Shown here: one piece after another, positions 51,351 to 64,000 of the stretch
How positions within the stretch are numbered: the stretch's first letter is position 1
How the letters are laid out: every line of letters starts with the position of its first letter
Source: Tubiluchus corallicola
Lineage: Eukaryota; Animalia; Priapulida
Length of the DNA: 64,000 bases
NCBI GenBank assembly: GCA_030141605.1
Contig: JAQGDQ010000065.1
Span: 310,001-374,000, forward strand
Direction: 5' to 3'
Notes under the pieces: generated by a model
The model's input: only the letters and a program-made list of their open reading frames with translations
Databases searched by the model: none
What the model was told of the DNA's origin: nothing
Made by a program: the position numbers and the translations under genes

Positions 51351-51934
51351 TAAGTACAGTTTATGGTGTTTTGTGGTACATTTAAAAATCCCATGTAAAG
51401 TTAAAGAGTGTAGCTAAACTAATTTCTAGTGTATCCTTGTTAATTATTTCTCAAATGTGTTTTTCCTATGTTAAATAATATTGAGTTTATAACTAACTGA
51501 TTGTTTGTCTACCTGTTCTGATAATGTTAAATATGCATCAAAGTGTACATTAGGTTTGGTAGTCTTACTAGCTAAATGTGGCCCAACATTAATAAAGTGT
51601 AGGTTTAAATTATCTGCTATTATCTGATTATCCGTTACAATTTTTAATTTAAATTTAATCGTGTTTACAATTTTTTGATATTATTTTTGTAAGTTTCCAA
51701 TTTATTCCTAAAATAATTATTTTTAACTATTCCAGTAAGATTATTTAAAGTGTTCCAATATTGTTTATAATGACTTGTAAAGGTATGGTCATGGGTTTTC
51801 AGTATTTCTTTATACATTTTATTTTTATTTTACCCTTTATAGACTGCAAAAGGCCGTGAAAAATCCAAGGTTTTTTAATTTTATTAGAGTTATTAATTAA
51901 TTTAATATAGTCTCCATATGAAACCATCTAACCA

Positions 51935-54900
51935 TACACTATCAAGGCTATCAAAATACAGCCAAGCTGCCTTTTTTGTGGATCATTTGACTTTCAATAT
52001 TCGTAATTAACCTGACAAGGTAGCAGGCTGTACTACCGCCTTTCCTAAAACATTCCTGCTGTATGTCTAACAAATTATATGCACGAAAAGCCTGTCGCAG
52101 TCTACTTTCAATGAGCTTTTCTGCTAATTTGCCATAGCATGATGTGATAGATATAGGCCTATAGTTGCTAGGATCATTATAATCTACTTTGCCTTGCTTT
52201 TTAAAGAAAATAATCTTAGCATTCTGTAAGGGCCACATTTTAGTTTCCATACACAAGTTAATCAAGTTCATAAACATAGCCTGTACGGCGGATCATTAAA
52301 GGTTTTTGAGCTTTTTACAGCTGGTTGATTTGTCCCATAGTGAAGTCACTGTTGAACCACGCCCTGTCTGCATGCTGGTCTAAAGGCTGACGGGTAAAGC
52401 TTTGTGCCTGTTGAAACCACCTATCGTCAAAAGTAGCTCCATCTATATGTGATCCCGTAAAGAATGTTTGACGTAAAATTCAACATTTTTCCTCGTCATT
52501 GATGTAATATCTGTTTTTGCACTTTCAGCATCTCAATGCTAACATATGATTTGATGCCAAAAAGTTTTCTGTGTGATTTCCAAAATTCTTTACCCTGTAC
52601 TACGTTTAAGCGTTTGCAGTGTTCACATTAACACACTCACTTAATGCTTCAGTTATTGCTTTTTCAAAATTTTCCTTCGCATTCAGGTATGCTACTTTAT
52701 TAGGCAGACTGGACAATCTCAGATAATCTTTTCTTAATTCCGCAGGTCTTTTGATAATTGCGTGAGTTCATTAGTCCAGTATGGTTTGCGGTGCTCCGTA
52801 ATACTTTTTTCTGCAGGACTGCTTCATTTGTCTCTTTTACCTTTGCCAACAAGAAATTCCAGGCACTAGAAGGGACTCTGTTTTACAAATGTGTACACTG
52901 CGTTTGAAAGTCACTACATATATTGTTTTTTAAGTATATAATATATGTGACCAGTTACACCAGTCCCCATTTCTTGAAGTCATAGGTTTGGCGAGCATTT
53001 GCTGTGGTTTCATTGTTGCATCTAATTGTTGTAATCACTGGATAATGGCCTATTAACGGTGACCCACTAAAAAGTTCGATGTCTTTGTCTACCATTTGCG
53101 ATACAATACGTGTAGTTAACCCACGTGAACCCAGTATTAGATCAATTGTGCTGTAACCCATATGCGATTTAAATGTTGAGTCCCTCGGAGCCACTATTTC
53201 AAATTCACCATTGCTATTAATTTCCCGGTTCTGTAATCTTTCCCATGCATGTTATCTATTCTATCCCATAGCACATTGCGCACATTAAAATCCCCTATGG
53301 CTACCATGTAGTGGAGTCCGTGTAATCTGGCAAAATCAATGGCTTTTTTGTAATCATTTCAATTTCTTTTCATTAATTCCGGGGAATTCGGCTTTACATA
53401 CACCCAGCATACCAAAAACTTGAATGTTTTCGTAGTAATGACAACCCATATTGAGCCTATATCGGTATTTATATCTGGAATTGACAGAACACTACTACTT
53501 AGATTGCTTCTAACACACAGAGCAACCCCTCCAGAATGTGCGTTATTCGGTAGGTTAGCACACATCTTATAATTGCTCAGATCACAATTTGGATGGCTCG
53601 CTTGCATGATTTTTGTTTCCTGAATGACAATGACATCAAAATTATTATAGCACCCGTGTTTGCTGAGTGCTACTTGTGATCTCTGTGACAAAAAATTGAT
53701 GTTAATCTGACAAATTTTTAAGTGACCGTGTTTTCGCGAGGAGTCACAGACATTGTTCATTAGGTTCACGGAATTTGTAGACATTCTAGGAATTGTTTAG
53801 GTTGTTGGTATCGTTAATGTAAGTTTGGCATTGTCTATTCCATGATGGGTGGGCTTCACCACACTTCGCGCATTTGTGCTGCACTGTGTTGCAAGGTTTG
53901 GCGTCATGATTTTCTGCGCACTTTCCATATTTGCGCTTCTGTTGCATAATTTCGCCACATGTTTAAAACTTTGACAATTGTAGCACCTTAGTGGTTTTCT
54001 TTTGCTTGAGGATTCTTCTATGCTACAATTCACATAGCCGATGGTGATACCATTTCTAACAGCTGCTTTAAGATCTTCACTATTGCTAAAGAGAATTGTA
54101 TTGAGTGGGAGCAGTTTCCCGTCCTTCGTTTTAAATCGCTCTAACTTGACCCCAGAGTAGTATCTAGTAATGTCGTCCAGTATGTCTTTCTCACTATGAC
54201 TTGTAATAAGGTCTCTAATTAGGCCTACATGATTAATAACTGGCATTCAAATGCTGGTCCCGCTGCCTAGAAAGTCATCTATCAAACATGTCCTTAACTG
54301 CCTCCCGGTCTGATAACTGGCTCTGAATGTTGCCCCTAGCTGTTTTGCACGCTAAGTCGAATTTGGTTCTCGGAAAGTGCTGACAGAGATTTTTTTTAAT
54401 GTCTAAGCTAGAGTTCACTAGACCCTTGTCTTTGACGGTTTCAATTATTAACGTGCTCGTGCGCATACGATCGTACTCAAATTCAGAATTTCCAGAGTTA
54501 GCAGTTTTAGACAGCCTGGGTCCTATTGCCATCAAAGATGCATTACTTTTCTTTGCCACTTTGCTGCATGTGGGAGTAACTTTGGGTCTGACTGAGGCAG
54601 GCATTAGTTTTTTTCAAATTCACATTAATTTTTTTCTTTAGCACTTTCTATTATAGTGAGTTTGTCTCCCATGACCGCAAGATCATTGGCGCACTTGTTG
54701 GCACTAGCATTGTTGTGTAATAAATCGATGACTTCCATGATTTTTTTGCATCATTTGTTTTGGCTATCATTTTTATAGGCAATGCTTTCAATTCTGTAAC
54801 TGAGCTAAGATGTGGCTCCAAGTCTTCGTCATTGAACTCATTGCATTCAGGGTCTGCATCTGACCAAAATTTCACGGGGGAAACTGCGCAATCGGCTAAG

Positions 54901-55300
54901 CCAGCTGACATAGGACAGAATGGTTTTTCACTGTGTTTGTCGAAACATTTATCACATATGATTGCAGTGCTTTCTCTGTTTGACAGTTTGACATTTCTTG
55001 CACAGCTCGCAGCTTTTCCTATCATGCTGTTGACTGTAGTTAGACCTTGCTTGACCAACCATAACTGGATTTACCAGGTTGCAATTGAGTAATGAATAGG
55101 ACTACTTACGAGTACAATAGAGAGTTAATTACCCAGTACAGGAAGAGACAAATAAACTAAATCTAATCTTATGTTAATTGTGTAAATAGAAATGCTTTGT
55201 AATGTTTTACAAAATCTACAACCACCTGGTAGATGTCTATTTACACTGGATGAAGTTTCACACTAGCACGACATTCACAAGCTGAGAGCACAGCAAGCGT
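51935..55300 (-). mobile_element. Two-ORF LINE (I/Nimb-like): ORF1 with PHD-like Cys cluster and CCHC knuckle; ORF2 APE plus N-terminal RT; 3'-truncated
   Basis: CELCKK..ICDKC (55010-54940), RCYNCQSFKHVAKLC, KICQININFL..DVIVIQETK..GGVAL, GDFN, TIDLIL, KKQGK..PSNYRPISITSCYGKLAEK; frameshifted. Confidence 0.85.
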
Positions 55301-55393
55301 TAGAGCCTTCAATTTGATGAAGTTAACACATTATCACGAAAAAGAGGAAATAAATAAACTGAAATTTAATCTAATCAAGTACATAAAACTTAC

Positions 55394-55720
55394 AAGTGCT
55401 GAAGCGCAAGAATATTCAACCACTAAATGTTAACAGAACGAAACACAAAATAATATGAAAGGCGCGGACTACGCCACTAGCCTAAGTAGATGCCTTCTGC
55501 TAAAGCGCATGTGCTAAATTTGTGGCAAAGCAATACAAGTACACGCGCAGCACAGTAATGCACTGGCGAATTCTGTCGAGAATCGAGAATTATGACATAG
55601 ATAATAGATAATTTCATTTCGCACACATGGTTCGCACAATAAAAGCATAAAAGAACTAATGGAAGTAAGCAAAATGCGAGGGCAACGTACGACCAATGGG
55701 TCCTTTACACGTTGCGCTTA
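55394..55720 (-). promoter_or_regulatory. Candidate SAC1 promoter and non-coding leader exon
   Basis: Perfect minus-strand donor GTAAGT at 55393-55388; adjacent CpG-richer, non-LINE block with an NRF1-like GCGCATGTGC; the SAC1 ATG exon begins at an acceptor and needs an upstream exon. Confidence 0.4.
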
Positions 55721-56386
55721 TTTAAAGATTTATGAATTTGCAGTGATTGGATGACAATGTGAAGAGAAGGCAGTATTAACTCTTTTAAAATAAAATCTAA
55801 TGTAACTCTAATAAAGGAAGCAATTTTGCAAAAGTCTTTGAAGCTAAAAATTTCCTATAAAACATAAACATAAGACATGTTAAAACATAAAACTAAATTT
55901 GTTTTAGAAAAAGTAGCTTTATAATAATGATAATAATAATAATAATAACTTGACAACTTATTTAATGTATTTTTTTACAATAATATCATCAATATTATTA
56001 GCTCCATTAATGTAATAATAACATTAAACTAAGTATCTAATGCTTTAAAGAGGGGAAACTGTGTAGGACACGTAGCCCATTTACTTAGTAGAAAACAATT
56101 ATTTGTTCAAGAAGTCGTGAAGCTGATCACCTGTCTGTGAAGCAAGTTAAAATAAAAAATGATATACCTTAAACAAATGTTGGAATCGCCTAAAAAGCGG
56201 GCTTATTTCCCTTCAAAAAAGATTAATATTGGCCATTCTACTAGCTCAAAATAAGATTATTTCATTTTATCAGATGTATAATAAATTATTCAATGTGTAT
56301 TGACGCTTTTTTATTATTATTAAATAAACAAAGACATCAGACGCTGCCAGTACGATTAGCGGCTCAATTCGTGGCCTTTCTCTAGT

Positions 56387-56466
56387 GTCCTACTTTTGCT
56401 AGGCCATGTACGACGCGTCCTACTTGGGCTAGCCCATGTACGCCATTTGTCTTACTTTGACCAGGG
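56387..56466. repeat. Short ~31-bp tandem array (2.5 copies)
   Basis: GTCCTACTT..GCTAG.CCATGTACG repeated, third copy partial. Confidence 0.7.
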
Positions 56467-56673
56467 GATTACTCGGCGCCCAACAACCCCAATGCCTAGT
56501 GCCTATACTAGGTGGAGACTTTGAAGAAGAAGAAGAAAGCTTCGCTGGCCAGTTATGACAAAGTATCAAAAAAAGGAGTGACGAAATTTAGGACGTATTT
56601 CGTTTTGCGATTCGCTACGCTGGCAGCATCAAACAGCGGGTGATTAAAAAATTTTGAGCCGTGCATCGACTGT

Positions 56674-57231
56674 AACAATAATATTCTTAAAGGTCAAGAA
56701 AGGGGTACCTAAAGTTATACTGATAAGCCAAAATCACTTTTGCATTTTTAATAAAAGAAGAATATCGCAAATAAAAGCAATTATTGCTTTAAAAAACTAA
56801 AAACATTTCATGAAAACGAAAAACAGTTGTAGCAATAAGTTTGTAATATGTATAGTACTTGCAAATACTTCTTCAGTTTTCTTGTAAGTAAAATTTTACT
56901 GCTCTTCCTGAGGAAAGAGGCCAGCTGACTGTGTGATTGGTTGCCTACTATGTAAAAAAGTAATGCATTTTTTATTGATTTTTCCCTCCCTCCCCCTCTT
57001 AGAGACACACGCACATATGTTTGCTCTCTCTCATTTTCTTCAGTTATTTGCCAATTTTGTACTTTTAGTTGCAAAACTCAAAATGCATTTATTTGTATTT
57101 AAATTTGTTTGCCTTTATACTTAAGTTTGTAATAAAATGTATTAAGTTTAATAAGCTGTTACTTTTGCGAGAAAATAACACACACGCATGCATGCACCCA
57201 CGCGCGCACACACACACACACACAGACACGC

Positions 57232-57329
<98 letters not shown>

Positions 57330-58713
57330 ATCTTTCTTTTCCTTTTGTTGAAGGTTTTGCCATTTGTTTCTTACTCCAATGTGAGGTTGCAGATTTGGTA
57401 CATTAAAAATTCCACCCATTTACATGCCTTGCAATTGATCTATATAAACTGATTGCCCTTAGCACCTAAGACATATAAAATCAATTAATTTAAGCCCATC
57501 AATAAATTAATTATTTATCAAGGCTTGTCTGTGGATTTAGCCACAGGTGTTTCATTAGAACACTTATACAAGTAAACAAACTGTATTTAATGAACATTTA
57601 CTTTGATGTAACCCTAACTGAATCTTAAAAAATTAGGCTGAATATAAGTGACGTCTACACATGATATATAAGGTGTTATGACCCGCCTGCAGATTTTAAT
57701 TTATGTGCCAGGTTGGCTTCTCACCTGAATTCTGTAACTTGATTTTGATGTAGTAAGTTGTTGTTATAGAAGTGGAAGTAATGTCGGCAGCTTAGGATAA
57801 CAGTTCTGATGTTTTGTTTTGTTATTTTTTGTTCACTGACAATAAAGAAGCGGAGTAATGTCGTAAATGCATCTTCGTTTGTTCAACGTGATTTTATAAC
57901 CAACTCCAACTCACAACAAAGGCCAGTGCATGATTATATTATGCTTTTTAAACATCTTTTACCTTGGAATTAACAAAACATGCAGATGCTTAGATTAATT
58001 TTTTTCGGAAAAATTATTTAACCTTCTGAAAAAATCGATTTTCTTCTATGAAAGGTATTACATATGAAAGTCAGGTTTAATATTTCTTCAAGTTATATTT
58101 CCTGAAAAACATGTTAAACAGAAATGATTTTTTTAGAACAATAATATTCTTAAAGGTCAAGAAAGGGGTACCTAAAGTTATACTGATAAGCCAAAATCAC
58201 TTTTGCATTTTTAATAAAAGAAGAATATCGCAAATAAAAGCAATTATTGCTTTAAAAAACTAAAAACATTTCATGAAAACGAAAAACAGTTGTAGCAATA
58301 AGTTTGTAATATGTATAGTACTTGCAAATACTTCTTCAGTTTTCTTGTAAGTAAAATTTTACTGCTCTTCCTGAGGAAAGAGGCCAGCTGACTGTGTGAT
58401 TGGTTGCCTACTATGTAAAAAAGTAATGCATTTTTTATTGATTTTTCCCTCCCTCCCCCTCTTAGAGACACACGCACATATGTCTGCTCTCTCTCATTTT
58501 CTTCAGTTATTTGCCAATTTTGTACTTTTAGTTGCAAAACTCAAAATGCATTTATTTGTATTTAAATTTGTTTGCCTTTATACTTAAGTTTGTAATAAAA
58601 TGTATTAAGTTTAATAAGCTGTTACTTTTGCGAGAAAATAACACACACGCATGCATGCACCCACGCACACACACACACACACACACACGCACGCACGCAC
58701 GCGCGCACGCACG

Positions 58714-58758
<45 letters not shown>

Positions 58759-59565
58759 ATCTTTCTTTTCCTTTTGTTGAAGGTTTTGCCATTTGTTTCT
58801 TACTCCAATGTGAGGTGGCAGATTTGGTACATTAAAAATTCCACCCATTTACATGCCTTGCAATTGATCTATATAAATTGATTGCCCTTAGCACCTAAGC
58901 CATATAAAATCAATTAATTTAAGCCCATCAATAAATTAATTATTTATCAAGGCTTGTCTGTGGATTTAGCCACAGGTGTTTCATTAGAACACTTATACAA
59001 GTAAACAAACTGTATTTAATGAACATTTACTTTGATGTAACCCTAACTGAATCTTAAAAAATTAGGCTGAATATAAGTGACGTCTACACATGATATATAA
59101 GGTGTTATGACCCGCCTGCAGATTTTAATTTATGTGCCAGGTTGGCTTCTCACCTGAATTCTGTAACTTGATTTTGATGTAGTAAGTTGTTGTTATAGAA
59201 GTGGAAGTAATGTCGGCAGCTTAGGATAACAGTTCTGATGTTTTGTTTTGTTATTTTTTGTTCACTGACAATAAAGAAGCGGAGTAATGTCGTAAATGCA
59301 TCTTCGTTTGTTCAACGTGATTTTATAACCAACTCCAACTCACAACAAAGGCCAGTGCATGATTATATTATGCTTTTTAAACATCTTTTACCTTGGAATT
59401 AACAAAACATGCAGATGCTTAGATTAATTTTTTTCGGAAAAATTATTTAACCTTCTGAAAAAATCGATTTTCTTCTATGAAAGGTATTACATATGAAAGT
59501 CAAGTTTAATATTTCTTCAAGTTATATTTCCTGAAAAACATGTTAAACAGAAATGATTTTTTTAG
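56674..59565 (+). repeat. Near-identical tandem duplication: 56674-58136 and 58137-59565
   Basis: Period 1463; copies differ mainly in (CA)n length and about 5 substitutions; identical ORFs 56808..57074 and 58271..58537. Confidence 0.95.
57209..57326. repeat. (CA)n microsatellite
   Basis: Long CA run; shorter interrupted counterpart at 58666-58755. Confidence 0.97.
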
Positions 59566-60328
59566 AAAAAATATTTCTCCAGAAATATACTACTACATGA
59601 GCCAGGTATTTGCAAACTTTCTTTATAATCAACTTTCTTAACTTCTTTTGTAAATAAGCCTATTAATTTCATGAGATATGAATATAATAGTTTTTATTTT
59701 TACATGTAATATTATATTATATATATTATATTTAAATATATTATATTAATGTACAGCTTCAGGAGTTGGATTATTACAAGTACCAAACAAACATGAAAAT
59801 TTTTCGATACGTTCGCAGTTACTCCTGTATGACATTTTTGCCATATGAGACCAGGCACAGAACGAGGCTCAAGACAGATCGGAAAGAAGGGAAACATCCA
59901 CATTTATGATTGTCAACTTTTTATTGTTTTTTTGCCCAAAATAAATTTATGGAAAAAGCGATACAGCTGTGCAATTGTGTTTTGGGTTTAAATAGACTAG
60001 TCATTTAGACAGTTGCGACTCTTACTTTTAATTACATTAAATTGCTGGATGCACGAGGTAGTGAAATAATAGTTAACAATGGACAAATAAAATTATTGGC
60101 TGGAGAGACCCGAGAGTTCGTTTGAGGAATCTTGGATTTTTTGCACAAGTCTAGCTTGTGACATTCTTTCAGTTACCTGGAGAAAGATGAAGAATGGCTC
60201 ATTTTTTGCAGTGGTCTGCGATTTGGACTTGCAGTAATCGCTGAACAAGATAAACAGGATTTGCTTTTCCTTATTATGCATAGGCACAAAATATGTAAGA
60301 GGCTTATACTAATCATTAGCTAACGTGA

Positions 60329-60366
60329 TCTCTCTTTCTCTCTCTCTCTCTCCCTCCCTTTCACTG

Positions 60367-60412
<46 letters not shown>

Positions 60413-60440
60413 TCTCTCTCTCCAACCTTCTCTTTCTCTC
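60329..60440. repeat. (CT)n microsatellite
   Basis: Imperfect CT run abutting the right inverted arm. Confidence 0.95.
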
Positions 60441-62299
60441 TAAGAGAGGGAGGGAGAAAAAAATCAATAAAAAATGCATTCCTTTTTTGCATAGTAGGCT
60501 GCCCATCAGCTAGCCTCTTTCCTCAGGAAGAACAATAAAATTTTACTTACAAGAAGAAGTATTTGCAAGTACATAATACAAACTTACTGCTACAGTTTTT
60601 TTCCTTTTCATTAAATGTTTTCAGTTTTTTTAAACTAATAATTGCTTTTAATTGAGATATACTTCTTTTATTAAAAACGCAAAAGTGATTTTGGCTTATC
60701 GAAATTGCGCGTATGCCGACATTATTGGTAAATATTATTATTACAGTCAACGTGCCGCTCAAAATTTTTTAATGATTAGCCGTTTGATGCCGCCAGCATA
60801 GCCGCTAATCGCAAAAACGAAATACGTAACAATAAATTTCGTCACTTCCTGTTTTCACACTTTGGGTATCTATACTTTCTGTGGCCGTATTCATTGGTTA
60901 TTAGTTACATTTCGTTTATTTCAAAGATATTCCACTTTGCTGAGGAATGTTTGTTGACGAGCTCTTAACATGACAAAAACGCCGAGAGAAGTTAGTTACT
61001 AATTAACCATGATGCTTTGTAGGCGATGACGGAAAATAGGAGTGGGTAACATCATATGTGCGTGCCATGTTCGAACGTATAAGGACGGGTAGGAATAGAG
61101 CAGCAAAACTTACCTGGATAGAGAACAGGGCAAAATTTATTCCATTCATCGACTCAGTGGTGCGCTTCAGTGGTTCAGTCTTGATCCTCGTTGCAATTCA
61201 GCAAGCAGTCACTCTAGGAACAACTGCAGGATCTATCTACACTGTAATCAGCTTCATATCATGACTCCACATTCATTTCTAAGTTCCATATTGGCCGTAG
61301 TACACTCGATAATTCGTCTTATGAGTGACTTCCAGATTCGTTTCGTATAGATTATGGGCATCAATTCTCCAAACATTTGCTTGACTTAAACAGTTTCAAG
61401 TTGTTTTGAAGTTAATTTCATTTCCAACATATTTAATTTAGTTTTCATATAATTACTCTACTTAATCACACCTAATTCAGAAATGTGATTTTGTTTGTTA
61501 AATTCGTTATGTTTGAGAAATTTCAATTTGGTCATTTTATTGCATTTTGCTCTTAACTTCACTGCTACTTTTGTTGCTTCTTGTTTTTATTTACGTGTTT
61601 CATATCACTACTGTTTATTTCATAATAATTAACGATTTTTACAACCTTATCATACCAACAATGTTCACACAATGTATTTTATTTTATAACTACTTGTTTA
61701 ATTCTGTCATCATCAGAATTCAATAAATGATGATAATACATTAAAGCACAAGAGAACCCTCCACTTACATAAAGCTTAAAAAATTTGTCTCGAAATTTTA
61801 TATCACTTTCATACTACTTTTTCGTATGCATGGCTTGCATCGGCCGTAACACTGTATAAAACGTGTAAATTTAAAGTCCCGCGGTGACCGTTAGGCGCAG
61901 CCATTTTAATGGTAGGTCGTTTGAAACAAGTAAAGTTTGAAAAGTAATCAGAGCATTCGTAGCATACATGTTGCTAATTAAGTAAAATTTTAAATACTGT
62001 ACCTTGTCAATAAGATTAAAAATACGTTTTTGGCTAGTGAGTGTTTGTACCAATTGGCACAAACATTTTAAATTATTAGTCTAGTTACATAAGTCTTTCC
62101 AGCAGGCAAGTGAAATTCTAAGTAATATAGATTTGCACAGAAAGTTTTTTGGGTCATAATTTAACATTTACTTTTCTTCCCCTGATTTACGTGGCGTAGT
62201 GACATCATGTGATGGCGCCGTCGGAACAGTATTGCGGGAGATTTAAGATGAAGACAAATGAAAATTCCTTTCAACGCGAATACGATATGTGCATAAAAT

Positions 62300-63900
62300 A
62301 GCTGTGAAGTAGTATAATTTCTTAAGGCGATTTTTCTGAAACCTATTTCAGGTGCCCCTTTTCTTGTCCTTTAACTTCTTGTACTCAACTCTATTTTTAA
62401 TTGGCCACCAGTTTATTTGAGCTAAAATACTCCAGTAAGGAGTTGTATTTTCTGACGCAACAAGTTTGTTAAAGCTTCACACTGAATAGTTTCTAACCGT
62501 TTCCACTGTGTATTTGTTAAATTTGTCCACGTTTTACTGTTATATAACGATGCAGGTACACCATTGTCTCGTACATAATTAACCTACCTTCTGTTGATTT
62601 ATAGCCCATATTTGATGCAGTCCGAATGTTATTTATGTCCATTATCATCACTTTCGTTCTACCTTTTGTTTCTTTAAACATGATGTCATATCCGTTTCTA
62701 GTTGCAATCCAGTTAGCAAAATACTTGTACGTTTCTGTCTTACTAATTTCACCATGTTTAACAGATTCTTTTACTTCAGGTGTTGTTTTCTTTTTGGCCA
62801 TCTTTGTTTTCATATACTTAGCTTTTTGAATGTTAAATCTTGTCCGTTTTTTCCTCAGTTTCTTTAAAATTCCCCAATACCCAAAATGTCGTCTACGTAT
62901 AGAAGTATTCCAATTTCTACTTTTGGACTAAGTATAGTATTTGGATACGTAGCTATATTTATAACTTTGTTCATTAATATACTACAAAGAATTGGACCAA
63001 AAGGTGTGCGGGACTGATTCACCTATAATTATTTCCTGTGTGCAACCTAATGGAGTAGTTATCACTATACTTGCCCTTTTATAAAGTTGGTAAATATAAA
63101 CACATCTTTTTTATGTAGTCAGTAATTCGTTTACACAATCTCTAAGCTAAAGTTTATCAAAACATTTTTCATTGACTCCATAAAGTAAATGTACATCATT
63201 ATTCAGATACCTGTTATAATCCAGTAGAGCTATGATGACAAACAAATGATCTTCAGTGCTTCTAGTTTTTCTGCCACCGCACTGTAAATTTCTTAAGTTC
63301 TAATAAATTGTATCTTTATGTTTCTGAAGCAACACTTTTTCACAGAGTTTGCTAGTAAGACTTGTTAAAAATATCCCTCTTCTACTTTTCATCTCATTCT
63401 TAAGTCCGCTTCCTTTATATGTTGACTTTATGGTCATAAGCCCCCATTCACCAAGAATTTGGTGTGTTTGCTGTATTTCATTAAACATTAAGTGTAGACT
63501 TTATCAAATCTTCACCACCTTCAATCAGCATTTCGTTTCGCCAGTCATGTCTATCATTTGACTTTTCATTTTAATTCCTTTATTCGATTTCTGATTTCTT
63601 GTTCTGTTATGAAGCGCCCACTTTTCCTTTATTATAATTTTCTAATTCTCGAATTTGTTTGTTTATTTGTTCTTCAATCTCTTTTTCTTTCTTAGTTTGA
63701 GCCTTTGTAATAATTGCTTTCTATAGTAATTCGAGAAAATATCTAATATTTATTTTGGATTCTCACAAATTACATCATCATCATTTTTTATAGATGCTAT
63801 GTCTTCTAATTTTTTATTTCAACTCTCCTCCTAAATTCCCAAAAGGTAATTTCATGTGTACTAATAATTGGTTTCACTATAAAAATTTAGCCAGACCAGA
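62300..63900 (-). mobile_element. Decayed non-LTR retrotransposon RT region
   Basis: WGLMTIKSTYKGSG..RGIFLTSLTSKLCEKVL, QCGGRKTRSTEDHLF, EKCFDKL, ILLYVDDI, ETYKY. Confidence 0.8.
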
Positions 63901-64000
63901 CTGGTTTGTGTTTTTTTATTTAGTGAAGTAATTTTATTTTATTTTTTTATTTTTTCTAATTCTATTTCGCAGGTGCACAGGGTTTGTAAGATTGAGCCGG

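Larger units (their letters stand above)
56547..60886. mobile_element. Foldback-like region with ~450-bp diverged inverted arms
   Basis: 56559-57005 aligns with the reverse complement of 60437-60864 (GTGACGAAATTT, CGTATTTCGTTTT, GATAAGCCAAAATCACTTTTGC, CTTCCTGAGGAAAGAGGC, CCCTCCCTC.CTCTTAGAGA). Confidence 0.7.

Noticed and set aside
51172-51407. CRISPR-like repeat-spacer appearance
   Set aside because: Eukaryotic context, only two units, unequal spacers, no cas genes, and one spacer is retrotransposon sequence
57069-58881. HT/CV-repeat ORFs
   Set aside because: Translations of (CA)n microsatellites
59756-60290. Possible exon or transposase (THAP-like) remnant inside the inverted-arm region
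   Set aside because: No convincing motif in any frame and stops in all frames
60309-60513. RE/SL-repeat ORFs
   Set aside because: Translations of the (CT)n microsatellite

Overview
AT-rich, intron-containing metazoan genomic DNA, probably from an invertebrate; not prokaryotic, and no CRISPR, rRNA or intact tRNA was seen. Three conserved genes could be reconstructed exon by exon with consistent splice phases: RPS16/uS9 (- strand, 4 coding exons, 151 aa, plus a candidate 5'TOP non-coding exon at ~10234-10270), IFT74 (+ strand, 11 coding exons, 610 aa, one GC-AG intron) and SAC1/SACM1L (- strand, 6 coding exons, 587 aa). RPS16 and IFT74 are head-to-head around a probable short bidirectional promoter; IFT74 and SAC1 are tail-to-tail. 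Introns and intergenic DNA are filled with decayed non-LTR retrotransposons (CR1/L2-like, RTE-like, and one I-group-like element with PHD/CCHC ORF1), many non-autonomous hAT-type elements (one nested pair with perfect 8-bp TSDs), an Academ-like transposase/XPG relic, a perfect 58-bp palindrome, and a ~4.3-kb region with long inverted arms containing a young 1.46-kb tandem duplication. I found no clear evidence for a wholly new biological system. The best leads are the promoter architecture, the palindrome and the transposon structures. All family assignments come from motif recognition by eye, not from database searches.
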